A stretch of 64,000 nt of DNA, taken from Candidatus Latescibacterota bacterium (GTDB lineage Bacteria; Latescibacterota; UBA2968). The DNA lies in the NCBI GenBank assembly GCA_038279365.1, contig JAYODI010000003.1, forward strand, positions 38,123-102,122. The letters are read 5' to 3'. The notes under the pieces were generated by a model. It saw only the letters and a list, made by a program, of their open reading frames with translations. It did no database searches and was not told the DNA's origin. The translations under genes and the position numbers were made by a program. This document shows positions 1 through 9,255 of the stretch, piece by piece. The stretch's first letter is position 1; every line of letters begins with the position of its first letter.

Positions 1-31
1 AAGGGAGAGGGAAGAAGAGAGACCAAATATG

Positions 32-57
32 AAAACAAGCTTCGGCTTGTTTTTTTT
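32..57 (+). terminator. Intrinsic terminator of a gene upstream of the window
   Basis: AAAACAAGC-TTCG-GCTTGTTTT hairpin with a C(UUCG)G loop, followed by a T run. Confidence 0.8.
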
Positions 58-150
58 GTTTTCGGTGTTATTATAAAGAGGCATTTTGGGACGTGTGACG
101 TTGGCGTCAAAAAACAGGTTGTGATACAAATTATGGCAATGGTTCGATTG

Positions 151-229
151 GGTTTTTGACCTTTAGTCCGTAGGACTTTTCTGTTATAGCACCGAAATTT
201 ATTTTGGTGCGTTAGTCGGGTGATTATCG
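151..229 (+). promoter_or_regulatory. Conserved structured leader/promoter element, copy 1
   Basis: Aligns to 9115-9190 at 58 of 79 columns with one 3-nt indel. TTGACC at 156-161, hairpins at 165-177 and 189-210, invariant tail AGTCGGGTGATTATCG at 214-229. Confidence 0.75.
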
Positions 230-287
230 AAGTTATTTTTTTAGCTTCATCATGTGCGTGTTCTGTGTTTATGATGGGAGTGATATT

Positions 288-1274
288 ATGAATCAACTGA
301 TAGATCGCGACGGAAATGATATACCTCTTGCGTCAATTGAAGAATGGCTTGCGAAGCGCGATGATATTTTGGAGCGGGTTCAATCGATTATGGGCCCGTT
401 GCCTGGTGATGAAAAACGGTGTGATTTGGATGTGGCAATTGGGGAGGAAGTGGATTGTGGTTCTTATGTGCGACGGTTGATTTCTTATGCATCTGAGCCC
501 AATTGTCGTACACCGGCGTATTTGTTGATTCCCAAAAAAGCATTGTCCAATGGGATACCGTGCCCTGCTGTGTTGTGCCCGCACCCAACGCATGCACAAG
601 ATGGGTTTAAGACTGTGGTGGGTTTAAGTGATCGACCCAATCGTGCTTATGCATCAGAATTGGCCGAGCGTGGATTTGTGACCATTGCGCCTTCTTATCC
701 TTTGTTGGCCAATTATCAGCCTGATTGGCGGGCATTGGGCTATGAGAGTGGTTCGATGAAGGCGATTTGGGACAATATGCGGGCATTGGATGTTTTGGAG
801 AGCTTGCCCTTTGTTGCACCGGGTGCTGTGGGTGCCATTGGTCATTCATTAGGTGGGCACAATTCGGTTTATACGGCGGTGTTCGATGCGCGTATTGGCG
901 TGGTGGTATCGAGTTGTGGGTTGGATTCGTATGTCGATTATAAAGATGGTAACTTAACGGGGTGGACGTCTGATCGGTATATGCCCAAGCTGAAGGATTA
1001 TATGCAATCTTTACAAGATATACCGTTTGATTTTCACGATTTGATCGCGACACTGGCACCAAGGCCTTGTCTTATTTTTGCACCGTATGAAGACAGCAAT
1101 TTTAAGTGGCAAAGTGTAGATGCCGTTGTGGGGGCCGCCAAGCGTGTGTATGCGCTTTATCAGGTGGGTGGGTTGTTGATGGTGGAGCATCCTCAGTGTG
1201 AACACGACTTTCCCAATGAAGCACGCAAGCAGGCTTATTTGTTGTTTGAAAAATTGTTGGGGGCATCTGCGTGA
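288..1274 (+). CDS. Alpha/beta hydrolase (dienelactone hydrolase/esterase-like)
   Basis: GHSLGG nucleophile elbow, LIATLAPRP segment, C-terminal catalytic His (HDFP). Start moved to ATG 288 behind a GGGAG ribosome-binding site. Confidence 0.8.
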   Translation: MNQLIDRDGNDIPLASIEEWLAKRDDILERVQSIMGPLPGDEKRCDLDVAIGEEVDCGSYVRRLISYASEPNCRTPAYLLIPKKALSNGIPCPAVLCPHPTHAQDGFKTVVGLSDRPNRAYASELAERGFVTIAPSYPLLANYQPDWRALGYESGSMKAIWDNMRALDVLESLPFVAPGAVGAIGHSLGGHNSVYTAVFDARIGVVVSSCGLDSYVDYKDGNLTGWTSDRYMPKLKDYMQSLQDIPFDFHDLIATLAPRPCLIFAPYEDSNFKWQSVDAVVGAAKRVYALYQVGGLLMVEHPQCEHDFPNEARKQAYLLFEKLLGASA

Positions 1275-3673
1275 TGGGGGAAACTGGGGCAGAAATGGAA
1301 CGAGGGCGTGGCGTTCGTTTTCCTTTGGATGTGGGGATATTGCTTGGCCTTTTTGTGGGTGTGTTGTTCTATTTTCAATATACGACGCTGGATAAGTTTC
1401 GCGTTTTGAAACCTGCGGTGCGGTATGTGGTGTCGCGTGATGTTTTAAATTATATTCAATCTCAGGTTTTGTTAACGGTTTGGGATGCAATCGGGTTGGG
1501 TGTGATTGTGTCCCTTTTTTTGTGTGGTGTGGGTTTAGAAATTTGGCGTGGGCGTTTGACACAGATGATGCGTTGGGTGTTTGTGTGTGAGCGGCGAACG
1601 GTTGTGGCCTTGGTGTTGGTGAGTGTGGTGTGTGTGCGGTTTTATTTTGCCAATGGGGTTTTAAATTGGGCGGGTGACGGGTCGTCACACATGTGTTATG
1701 CGTGGTTGGCCTCTCAAGCTTTTGCCAATGGTGAGATGCCCATTTGGACCAACTATTTGGGTGCGGGATCACCCTATCTTCAGTTTTATGGGTTTTTGTT
1801 TTTTTATTTGGTGGGTTTGCTCAATCAAGTTGTGGGCAATTTGGATGTAACGATTAAGTTGGTGTTGGCCAGTGCGCATGTGGTGTCGGGGTTGGGTGTA
1901 TATTTTTTTGTGCGCCGTTTGTTAGGGTCTCGTCGGGCGGCGTTTGTGGCGGGGGTGGCCTATGTGCTGTGTTTGTGGCATACCCAGCAAGTGTTGATCA
2001 TGGGGCGTTTTCCACTGTCTTTGTTTTATGCGATTTTGCCTTGGCCATTTTACGCGTTTGAACGGGTGCGTTTGGGTCGTTTGGATGGGGTTGTGTGGGG
2101 TGGGTTGACGTTAGGTATGCTGGCCTTTGTGCATCCAGGGTATGCGTTTTGGGCAACGGCGGCACTGGCTTTTTATATGGGTATTCGCGTTTGGTGTGGG
2201 CGCACGCGTTTGACAAGGCGGTTGTTGGTGGTTTATGCGGGAGCGTTGTGGTTGTTGGGCATTGTGTTTGGGGCGTATGTGACCTTTCCAATGTGGTTTG
2301 AGCGCGCGCTTGTTGAGCTTGAAGAAATTACACATGCAGCAGTGCCAGATCCTACTTGGGGGCATTTGTTGGTGTGGTCTAATTACCGATTGCAGTTGTT
2401 CGATTTTCCAGGATACGAACATTGGTATGGCGGATATTTGGGTTTGTCACTGGTTGTGCTGGCACTGGTGGGGTTGATATTGGGATTGAAGCGACACGGT
2501 TTAAGGTCGGTTATTTGGGCGGGTGGGGCTTGTTGGGTGGTGTCTTTGGTGTTGGTGTTGGGATATCGTTGGCCGGTTATTCGGTCTCTTGAGTTGGTGC
2601 AGGCTTTTAATGCTGGGCGTTATTTGTTGTTTGTGGCGTTTTTTGGCGCGGTTATGGCGGGTGTAGGGGCTTATATATTGATGCATATTTGGCGTGGGCA
2701 AGCAGTGCGGGTGGTGACGTGTGTTTTGTTGGTGATGTTGGTTGATCTTGGGTTGACCACATTTCAACATCCCTATGCGACCCAAGATCATACGTTTCTC
2801 AGTTTATCACCCAGCTTTTATGCCGAATTAGATGCCGATAAAGGTGATCTTTCCTCTGGACAGATTCCCAATTTTCGATTGTCTTATCCGATGGATAATA
2901 TGTTTGACTTACTTGGAATTGCATGGTTTACAGCCAATATGGGTGTGCCTTCATTTTTGACGGGGTATCGAGAAGGTTTACCTGCACAGAGCAAGTTTTG
3001 TGGCCCCGTGCAAGACTTGATGAATCAAATTTTTGAAAACCAAACGGTGTCTGGTGATTTCAAAGTGACAAAAGATGTTGAGCATTTGCTTTTGGGTTTG
3101 TATTTGCTCAATACATATTTAACCTATGTGTTGGAGCCCGAAACCCAATCGCTTGTTCGGGTGGCTTGGCCCTATCACAGTCCCATTGTGATTGCACCCG
3201 AAGTACGTGTTTATGATGAGATGGGCGGCGATGATCGCGTTGCGCATTTGAAGCATGTAATTGACAATATGAAAATTAATGTGCGCAATCATACGAGCCA
3301 GCGTATTTTTGTGGCCAATGACGAAGTTGCAGAGCATTTGGGAACCGAACCGCAATTGGAAGTGATTTTGCATCAGGTTTGGAATCAGCGTGTGTTGTTG
3401 AATGTACGTGTCACTGCGCCATGTTTTGCGCGGTTGGCTTATGCCCTTTATCCTTATTTGGGTGTGTATGTTAATGGCGAGCGTGTTCAGCCTATTCGAA
3501 CGGCAGGTGATTTTGTGGCGGTGAAGTTGGATGCCGGTGTGCATGAAATTGAGCTCAGACCGCATTTGTCTCCGTTGCGTCAATTTTTGCTCATTGTTGA
3601 TGGGATGATTTTGATTGGGTCTTGTGTTTGGTGGTGGCGACGAAGACGTTTGCGTGTATTGGAGGGGGTATGA
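1271..3673 (+). CDS. Polytopic membrane protein, GT-C-like (PTPS-related/YfhO-type) putative glycosyltransferase
   Basis: Many hydrophobic helices, GDxxxH loop followed by WTNYLGAGSPYLQFY, C-terminal YPxLxVxVNG...GVHEIEL soluble domain and a final TM helix. Confidence 0.65.
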   Translation: MMGETGAEMERGRGVRFPLDVGILLGLFVGVLFYFQYTTLDKFRVLKPAVRYVVSRDVLNYIQSQVLLTVWDAIGLGVIVSLFLCGVGLEIWRGRLTQMMRWVFVCERRTVVALVLVSVVCVRFYFANGVLNWAGDGSSHMCYAWLASQAFANGEMPIWTNYLGAGSPYLQFYGFLFFYLVGLLNQVVGNLDVTIKLVLASAHVVSGLGVYFFVRRLLGSRRAAFVAGVAYVLCLWHTQQVLIMGRFPLSLFYAILPWPFYAFERVRLGRLDGVVWGGLTLGMLAFVHPGYAFWATAALAFYMGIRVWCGRTRLTRRLLVVYAGALWLLGIVFGAYVTFPMWFERALVELEEITHAAVPDPTWGHLLVWSNYRLQLFDFPGYEHWYGGYLGLSLVVLALVGLILGLKRHGLRSVIWAGGACWVVSLVLVLGYRWPVIRSLELVQAFNAGRYLLFVAFFGAVMAGVGAYILMHIWRGQAVRVVTCVLLVMLVDLGLTTFQHPYATQDHTFLSLSPSFYAELDADKGDLSSGQIPNFRLSYPMDNMFDLLGIAWFTANMGVPSFLTGYREGLPAQSKFCGPVQDLMNQIFENQTVSGDFKVTKDVEHLLLGLYLLNTYLTYVLEPETQSLVRVAWPYHSPIVIAPEVRVYDEMGGDDRVAHLKHVIDNMKINVRNHTSQRIFVANDEVAEHLGTEPQLEVILHQVWNQRVLLNVRVTAPCFARLAYALYPYLGVYVNGERVQPIRTAGDFVAVKLDAGVHEIELRPHLSPLRQFLLIVDGMILIGSCVWWWRRRRLRVLEGV

Positions 3674-4275
3674 AACATGTTTATGTTATTTGCTTTTTGT
3701 GTTTGATGGCTTGTGGTGGCAGTGGGTCACCAACGGGTTCTGGAACGGGTTCTGGAAACGGATCAGGTTCGGGTGGCGAAACGCCACAATCGACCACGCC
3801 TACGGTAAGGGATCGGTCTTTTACGTTATCAAAATTGTCGATTGATTCTGGTGCGAGTTTATTTGAAATGGTTCCACCCGATGTTACTGGGCGTTTGGAT
3901 ATGCGTGCCAATGGGGCATATACGCTAACGTTTGCGGTGGCTTTGCATAACTTTTCTTGGTCTGAAACGGTGACGGGAACGCATACTTTTTCTGGGAATA
4001 CATTGCGCCTGACTCCTGCCAATAATATACGGACGTCTGTTGAACCTTTTCGACAAACTGTGATTATTGATACGCTGTCACTGACGTGGCAAAGTGATGC
4101 CCAAGTGGTTGTTCCACTGCCCATTCGTCCTGGAGCTTGGCGCAGTGAAGATGTAATTTCGTTAACATTTACGCAGGCGGTTGCTTCGAAGCCCGTTTTT
4201 GTGGCGAATGGAAAATCACGTGAGGCGTTTAATTATGTGGCGCTGATTCATGCGCTTAAAAACAGGTCAGAATAA
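3670..4275 (+). CDS. Hypothetical lipoprotein with Gly/Ser/Thr-rich linker
   Basis: ATGA overlap with the upstream stop. MKHVYVICFLCLMA-C lipobox followed by GGSGSPTGSGTGSGNGSGSGG. Confidence 0.75.
   Translation: MKHVYVICFLCLMACGGSGSPTGSGTGSGNGSGSGGETPQSTTPTVRDRSFTLSKLSIDSGASLFEMVPPDVTGRLDMRANGAYTLTFAVALHNFSWSETVTGTHTFSGNTLRLTPANNIRTSVEPFRQTVIIDTLSLTWQSDAQVVVPLPIRPGAWRSEDVISLTFTQAVASKPVFVANGKSREAFNYVALIHALKNRSE
3732..3757 (+). repeat. 12-bp in-frame tandem repeat encoding the TGSG linker
   Basis: (AACGGGTTCTGG)x2 plus AA. Confidence 0.8.
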
Positions 4276-4301
4276 GACATTATCAATTGATTGTGATTTG
4301 C

Positions 4302-4333
4302 AAGCGTCTATACATTTTGTATGGACGCTTTTT
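4302..4333 (+). terminator. Intrinsic terminator
   Basis: AAGCGTCTATACA-TTT-TGTATGGACGCTT followed by Ts. Confidence 0.75.
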
Positions 4334-4443
4334 GTTTGCCCCTGTGAAGCAATTGTTGTGATCTGATGTTTTATTTCCTATCATGTTTTTTATATATCTC
4401 TTCGATGTTGGCTCAAGTCATTTTTTATTAAAAAGGATTGACC

Positions 4444-5928
4444 ATGAAAAGACGCCACTTTCTCAATGTTACTGCCAAAGCCGCCGCCGCTGCCGCGTTG
4501 ATGCCTTATGTGATGTCGAGTTCTGTAAGGGCAGCAAATAAGCGTAATGTGTTGTTTATTGCAATTGATGATTTGCGCCCCGAATTAAACTGTTATGGCG
4601 CATCGCATATTCACAGCCCCAATATTGATCGCTTGGCTCAAAGTGGCACGTTATTCAAACGTGCCTATTGTCAGTTGGCGGTGTGCAACCCATCGCGGGC
4701 CAGTTTGATGACGGGTTTGCGACCCGATACGAGCCGTGTATGGTCGTTGCCCACACATTTTCGCGACAATGTGCCCGATGTGGTGACGATTCCTCAGCAT
4801 TTTATGAACAATGGATGGCACAGTCAGGGAATGGGGAAGATTTATCACACAGGGCATGGGAATCGAGACGACAAATTTTCGTGGAGTGTGCCACACGGTA
4901 CACCCAAGATTGCCAATTATTTGTTGGAAGAGAACCTGCATATTATTCGCGAAAACCGGCGAAAGAGCGAAGCTGATAAAAATTATCGTTGGTCAAATGG
5001 CCCACCCACAGAAGTGGCGGATGTGCCCGACAATGCGTATAAAGATGGGGCCACAACGGAGCTGGCGATTCGGACGATGCGCGAGAAAAAGGATGAAGCC
5101 TTTTTCTTGGCGGTAGGATTTAGCAAACCCCATTTGCCGTTTTGTGCACCGAAAAAATATTGGGATATGTATGATGCCAATAAAATTACATTACCCGATA
5201 ATCCTTATCCGGCAAAGGGATCACCCGACTATGCTTTGGCCAATTTTGGTGAGTTGCGCAAATACTATGGCATTCCTGCCGAAGGGCCTGTGAGTGATGA
5301 ACAAGCCATCCGTATGATTCATGGGTATTATGCGTGTGTGAGTTATGTCGATGCGCTTGTTGGGCAGTTGTTGGATGAATTGGATCGATTGGGATTAAGC
5401 GAGAATACGTCGGTGGTATTGTGGGGTGATCATGGTTGGAAATTGGGCGAACACGGTTCGTGGTGCAAACATTCCAATGTGGAGTTGGATACGCGTTCGC
5501 CGTTGATTTGTAGTGACCCCAATTTGCCAAAAGGGCAGGTGTCAAACGCATTGGTGGAGTTTGTCGATATTTTTCCTTCGTTGTGTGATCTGGGTGGGCT
5601 AACGATTCCGACGCATGTAGAAGGTGATAGTTTTGTACCGTTGATGCAAACCCCAAATTTGCCATGGAAAAAGGCGGCTTTTAGCCAGTATCCACGCGGG
5701 AATAATCGGATGGGTTATTCGATGAAAACCGATCAATATCGCTATACCGAATGGGTGTCGCGCGATGGAAAACGCACAGTTGAAGCGCGTGAACTTTATG
5801 ACCACGTCAAAGATCCGGCAGAGAATGTGAATGTGGTGACCGAAGCCGCTTACGCATCTGTGGTGCCCAATTTGGCAAAGATGATGTTGGCGGGTTGGAA
5901 AGATGCACGCCCTATGAGCAATGGGTAA
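4444..5928 (+). CDS. Tat-exported sulfatase, iduronate-2-sulfatase-like
   Basis: KRRHFL twin-arginine signal, NVLFIAIDDLRP, CNPSR formylglycine motif, GKIYH, KPHLPF, GDHGW. Confidence 0.9.
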   Translation: MKRRHFLNVTAKAAAAAALMPYVMSSSVRAANKRNVLFIAIDDLRPELNCYGASHIHSPNIDRLAQSGTLFKRAYCQLAVCNPSRASLMTGLRPDTSRVWSLPTHFRDNVPDVVTIPQHFMNNGWHSQGMGKIYHTGHGNRDDKFSWSVPHGTPKIANYLLEENLHIIRENRRKSEADKNYRWSNGPPTEVADVPDNAYKDGATTELAIRTMREKKDEAFFLAVGFSKPHLPFCAPKKYWDMYDANKITLPDNPYPAKGSPDYALANFGELRKYYGIPAEGPVSDEQAIRMIHGYYACVSYVDALVGQLLDELDRLGLSENTSVVLWGDHGWKLGEHGSWCKHSNVELDTRSPLICSDPNLPKGQVSNALVEFVDIFPSLCDLGGLTIPTHVEGDSFVPLMQTPNLPWKKAAFSQYPRGNNRMGYSMKTDQYRYTEWVSRDGKRTVEARELYDHVKDPAENVNVVTEAAYASVVPNLAKMMLAGWKDARPMSNG

Positions 5929-6762
5929 TCAAACCGTCAGTGCGGGTGCATTTAAGATGTCGGCTTCAGTGCCCGTGAGAACATTACTGACTTGTGGTTG
6001 GTAATGGTATGGTGCTTCATTGGAAAAGAGTCCAGCATTTTTGCGGCATTGAATGCACAATGGAATGACGGCTTCACGTTTTGCAATGTGATCGAGTGGG
6101 TAGACGTTTTGAACGGTTTTGCGAGCGTGAAAACCAAAATAAACTGTTACGCGCAAATCGGGTGAGGTGTTGGGAAATGAGCCGTGTATGAGGTTGCGGC
6201 TGTGAAGAACAACGTCACCTGGTTCTGTGGAAACAGGAATGGCATTGGGCAAGTGTTGTCCGTGTTGTTCAATCAGTTTTGAAATGTCTATTTGTCCTTT
6301 AACATGTGAGCCCGGTATGACGTAGAGGCATCCATTGGTTTCATTTGATGGATATAGATAAATGCCCACATTAAGGCCGCGCTCTGGCTGGGGGCCTGTT
6401 TTGAACTGACCATCTTGATGCCACGGAAATGGCGCACCATCGGTGGGCATTTTGATGACGATGGATTCGGCAAAGGGCAAAAAGTCGGGGCCATAGAGCG
6501 AGGCCACGGTGCTTAAGATTTTAGGATTGGCATAAACCTGGCGCATGGTTTCTGAGTGAGCCAATTGTCGGCTGATGCGGTTGATCACTTTGCGCCCATC
6601 GGGCAGTGAGGTGTAGGCCACATCGGATGCGATTGTGTTGTCTTGTGTCATGCGAGTAACATCGTCGCGCATGAGTTGAATCTCTTGGTCTGATATCCAA
6701 TTTTTGAGTATGAGGTAACCTTGTGCTTGGTAGTCGGACAATTGGTGAGATGAAAGCATCAT
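5929..6762 (-). CDS. Phytanoyl-CoA dioxygenase (PhyH) family Fe(II)/2OG dioxygenase
   Basis: WHQD, NGCLYVIPGSH, PGDVVLH...HGSxPN...R. Confidence 0.9.
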   Translation of the reverse strand: MMLSSHQLSDYQAQGYLILKNWISDQEIQLMRDDVTRMTQDNTIASDVAYTSLPDGRKVINRISRQLAHSETMRQVYANPKILSTVASLYGPDFLPFAESIVIKMPTDGAPFPWHQDGQFKTGPQPERGLNVGIYLYPSNETNGCLYVIPGSHVKGQIDISKLIEQHGQHLPNAIPVSTEPGDVVLHSRNLIHGSFPNTSPDLRVTVYFGFHARKTVQNVYPLDHIAKREAVIPLCIQCRKNAGLFSNEAPYHYQPQVSNVLTGTEADILNAPALTV

Positions 6763-6904
6763 ATATCCTTATGAAGGTTGTGGATGTTTTGCTATTGGTG
6801 AGTTGTTGATTTTTACGATCTGGCAATATAAGTTGACACACATTTTAAAAAAATAAAAATTACTGTGTTATGTGATCTGCTTTTCAAATGCTTTAGGAGG
6901 CCAT

Positions 6905-7669
6905 ATGACTGCCAACGATATAACAGATGAAATGTTGGAAACCTATCGGCGTGATGGGGTGGTGAAGGTGTCGCAGATTATTTCGGCAGAGGAAGTGGCA
7001 ACCTTTCGTGCGGCGGCTTTGGAAATTTTGGAAGCGATGCCCAAAGATCCCGAGCGGCCATTTAATCAAAAGGTAAATGTTTGGCGTGAAAATGCTGTGT
7101 TAAAAGCGTTGACCCAACACCCCAATGTGGCGGCGGTGGCTGAGAAATTGGCCGATGTGCGGTTGCGTATTTGGCACGATCATATTTTGGCCAAGATGCC
7201 CGGCTTGGGTGTGCCTACAGCATTTCACCAAGATTTGGTGAAGTGGCCTTATGCACGCACGACAAACGCGCTTTCGGCTTGGATTGCGTTGCAAGACACG
7301 CCTGTGGAGATGGGGTGTATGTCTTTTGTGCAAGGGTCTCAGGGGATGTTGGACATCCCCGATATGCATACGGGCAATCAGGACAAGTGGCGCGAGGTGG
7401 CACCTGATATCGCGTGGGGATCTCGGGTCACGTATCCCCTTCGTGCAGGTGATTGCACATTTCATCACGGGATGACGTTTCATACGGCAGGGCCAAACAT
7501 GTTGGATGATTGGCGTGTGGGGCATGTGATTATTTTTGTGGATGCATCGGCAACATATACAGGTGTGAAACATGTGGTGACCGATGCTTTGGGCTTGGCG
7601 CCAAACACATTGCCGCCCGATGATCACTTTCCACCCGTGTCCAAGTTTTATGAAGGGATAGCATTGTGA
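6905..7669 (+). CDS. PhyH family dioxygenase
   Basis: FHQD, WIALQD, GDCTFHHGMTFH...N...R. GGAGG precedes ATG 6905. Confidence 0.9.
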   Translation: MTANDITDEMLETYRRDGVVKVSQIISAEEVATFRAAALEILEAMPKDPERPFNQKVNVWRENAVLKALTQHPNVAAVAEKLADVRLRIWHDHILAKMPGLGVPTAFHQDLVKWPYARTTNALSAWIALQDTPVEMGCMSFVQGSQGMLDIPDMHTGNQDKWREVAPDIAWGSRVTYPLRAGDCTFHHGMTFHTAGPNMLDDWRVGHVIIFVDASATYTGVKHVVTDALGLAPNTLPPDDHFPPVSKFYEGIAL

Positions 7670-9075
7670 GCAGGCCCAATGTGGTTTTGGTGATGTGTGA
7701 CGATTTGGGTTATGGCGATGTGGGTTTTAATGGCAACGAGGTGATTCAGACACCACACTTGGATGCAATGGCGGCAGATGGGTTGCGGTTTACGCGTTTT
7801 TATGCCGGTGGGCCGGTGTGTTCACCCACGCGAGGTACGTGTTTGACGGGGCGTCATTATTTTCGATATGGTGTGACCACTGCCAATCGTGGGCATTTGC
7901 CAGCACAAGAGATCACTTTGGCACGGATGCTCAAAGGTTTGGGATATCGCACGGGGCATTTTGGGAAGTGGCATTTGGGCACACTCACGCGTGATGTGCG
8001 TGACAGCCGGCGCGGAGGCCAAGCAGATACGTTGGCGCATTATGCACCGCCTTGGGAACGCGATTTTGATGTGTGTTTTTCAACGGAGGCACGTGTGCCC
8101 ACCTGGAACCCGATGGTGGATGAACACACAGGTAAATTTTTTGGTACACATTATTGGAATGAAAAAGGTGAGGCGGTTGAAGAGAATTTAGAAGGTGATG
8201 ATTCACGTGTGGTGATGGATCGCGCGATTCCGTTTATTCGCGAAAGTGTGAAAGCTGCACAACCCTTTTTGTCGGTCATTTGGTTTCACGCCCCCCACGA
8301 ACCGGTTGTGGCTGGACCAGAATATCGGGCGATGTATGCAGATTGTGATGAAGGGGAACAACATTATTACGGTTGTGTGACCGCAATGGATGAGCAGGTG
8401 GGCCGATTGCGTGCTGAGTTGAAGGCTTTGGGTGTAGATCACAATACGATGGTGTGGTTTTGTAGTGACAACGGGCCTGAAGGGCGAACCGGTAAAGAAG
8501 GCCGTCAACGTGGTTCCACGGCGGGTTTGCGTGGGCGAAAGCGCAGTTTGTTTAATGGGGGCGTGGGGGTGCCTGCGTGTATGGTGTGGCCAGATCACGT
8601 GTCTGCTGGACAAGTATCTGAAGTGCCATGTAGCACATTGGACTATTTTCCTACGGTGATGGATGTGGTGGGTTATGAGATGCCCGATGAACGGCCACTT
8701 GACGGGATCAGTTTGGTGCCCTTGTTACAAGGGCAAATGGATCAACGACCCGTGCCCATTCCCTATCGGTTTTTGAATCAGAAAGACAAAATGTTTGATG
8801 CACCAACGATGGCTATGATTGACAATCAATTTAAGTATTTGACCAATTTGTCTGATACGGGTGAGGAAGATTTGTGCTACGATTTGTTGACCGATCCGTT
8901 TGAAACGAAGAATGTGATTGGTTCACAGAAGACATTTGCATCTGATATGAAAAAGGTGTTGCGCGAGTGGATCGCTTCGTGTGAACACAGTCATCTTGGA
9001 GGAGATTACCACGAACCATTTACGCCCGTTTTTTCATTTGAAGAGGTGACGGGCGATTGGTCTCTGGTGTCATAA
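7666..9075 (+). CDS. Sulfatase (arylsulfatase A/GalNAc-6-sulfatase-like)
   Basis: PNVVLVMCDDLGYGD, CSPTR, GKWHLG, SDNG. No signal peptide. Confidence 0.9.
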   Translation: MSRPNVVLVMCDDLGYGDVGFNGNEVIQTPHLDAMAADGLRFTRFYAGGPVCSPTRGTCLTGRHYFRYGVTTANRGHLPAQEITLARMLKGLGYRTGHFGKWHLGTLTRDVRDSRRGGQADTLAHYAPPWERDFDVCFSTEARVPTWNPMVDEHTGKFFGTHYWNEKGEAVEENLEGDDSRVVMDRAIPFIRESVKAAQPFLSVIWFHAPHEPVVAGPEYRAMYADCDEGEQHYYGCVTAMDEQVGRLRAELKALGVDHNTMVWFCSDNGPEGRTGKEGRQRGSTAGLRGRKRSLFNGGVGVPACMVWPDHVSAGQVSEVPCSTLDYFPTVMDVVGYEMPDERPLDGISLVPLLQGQMDQRPVPIPYRFLNQKDKMFDAPTMAMIDNQFKYLTNLSDTGEEDLCYDLLTDPFETKNVIGSQKTFASDMKKVLREWIASCEHSHLGGDYHEPFTPVFSFEEVTGDWSLVS

Positions 9076-9114
9076 GTTCTCACACGCGATTCTATTCCCA
9101 ACTGCCTAAGCAGA

Positions 9115-9190
9115 AGATTTTGATCTTAAGTTCGAAGGACTTTACAATGATCGCATTGGCATTTATTCCGATGCAGTCGGGTGATTATCG
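9115..9190 (+). promoter_or_regulatory. Conserved structured leader/promoter element, copy 2
   Basis: TTGATC (9120-9125), 17-nt spacer, TACAAT (9143-9148). Palindrome AAGTTC-GAA-GGACTT in the spacer, hairpin at 9153-9174, tail AGTCGGGTGATTATCG at 9175-9190. Confidence 0.8.
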
Positions 9191-9255
9191 CATTCATTTT
9201 TCAATCTTTGTTATTTCCGAGAATGGGTTTTGTCATAAATAAAAAGGAGCAACAT

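Noticed and set aside
130-210. c-di-GMP-I riboswitch on the minus strand
   Set aside because: Only a loose resemblance (GGACTAAAGG...TTGCC). The GGCAAA/GNRA P1 architecture is missing and the wobble pairs favour the + strand.
9120-9190. IS200/IS605 left end (TTGAT followed by hairpins)
   Set aside because: No tnpA, tnpB or right end nearby, and both copies sit at similar distances upstream of start codons. Not fully excluded without a genome-wide search.
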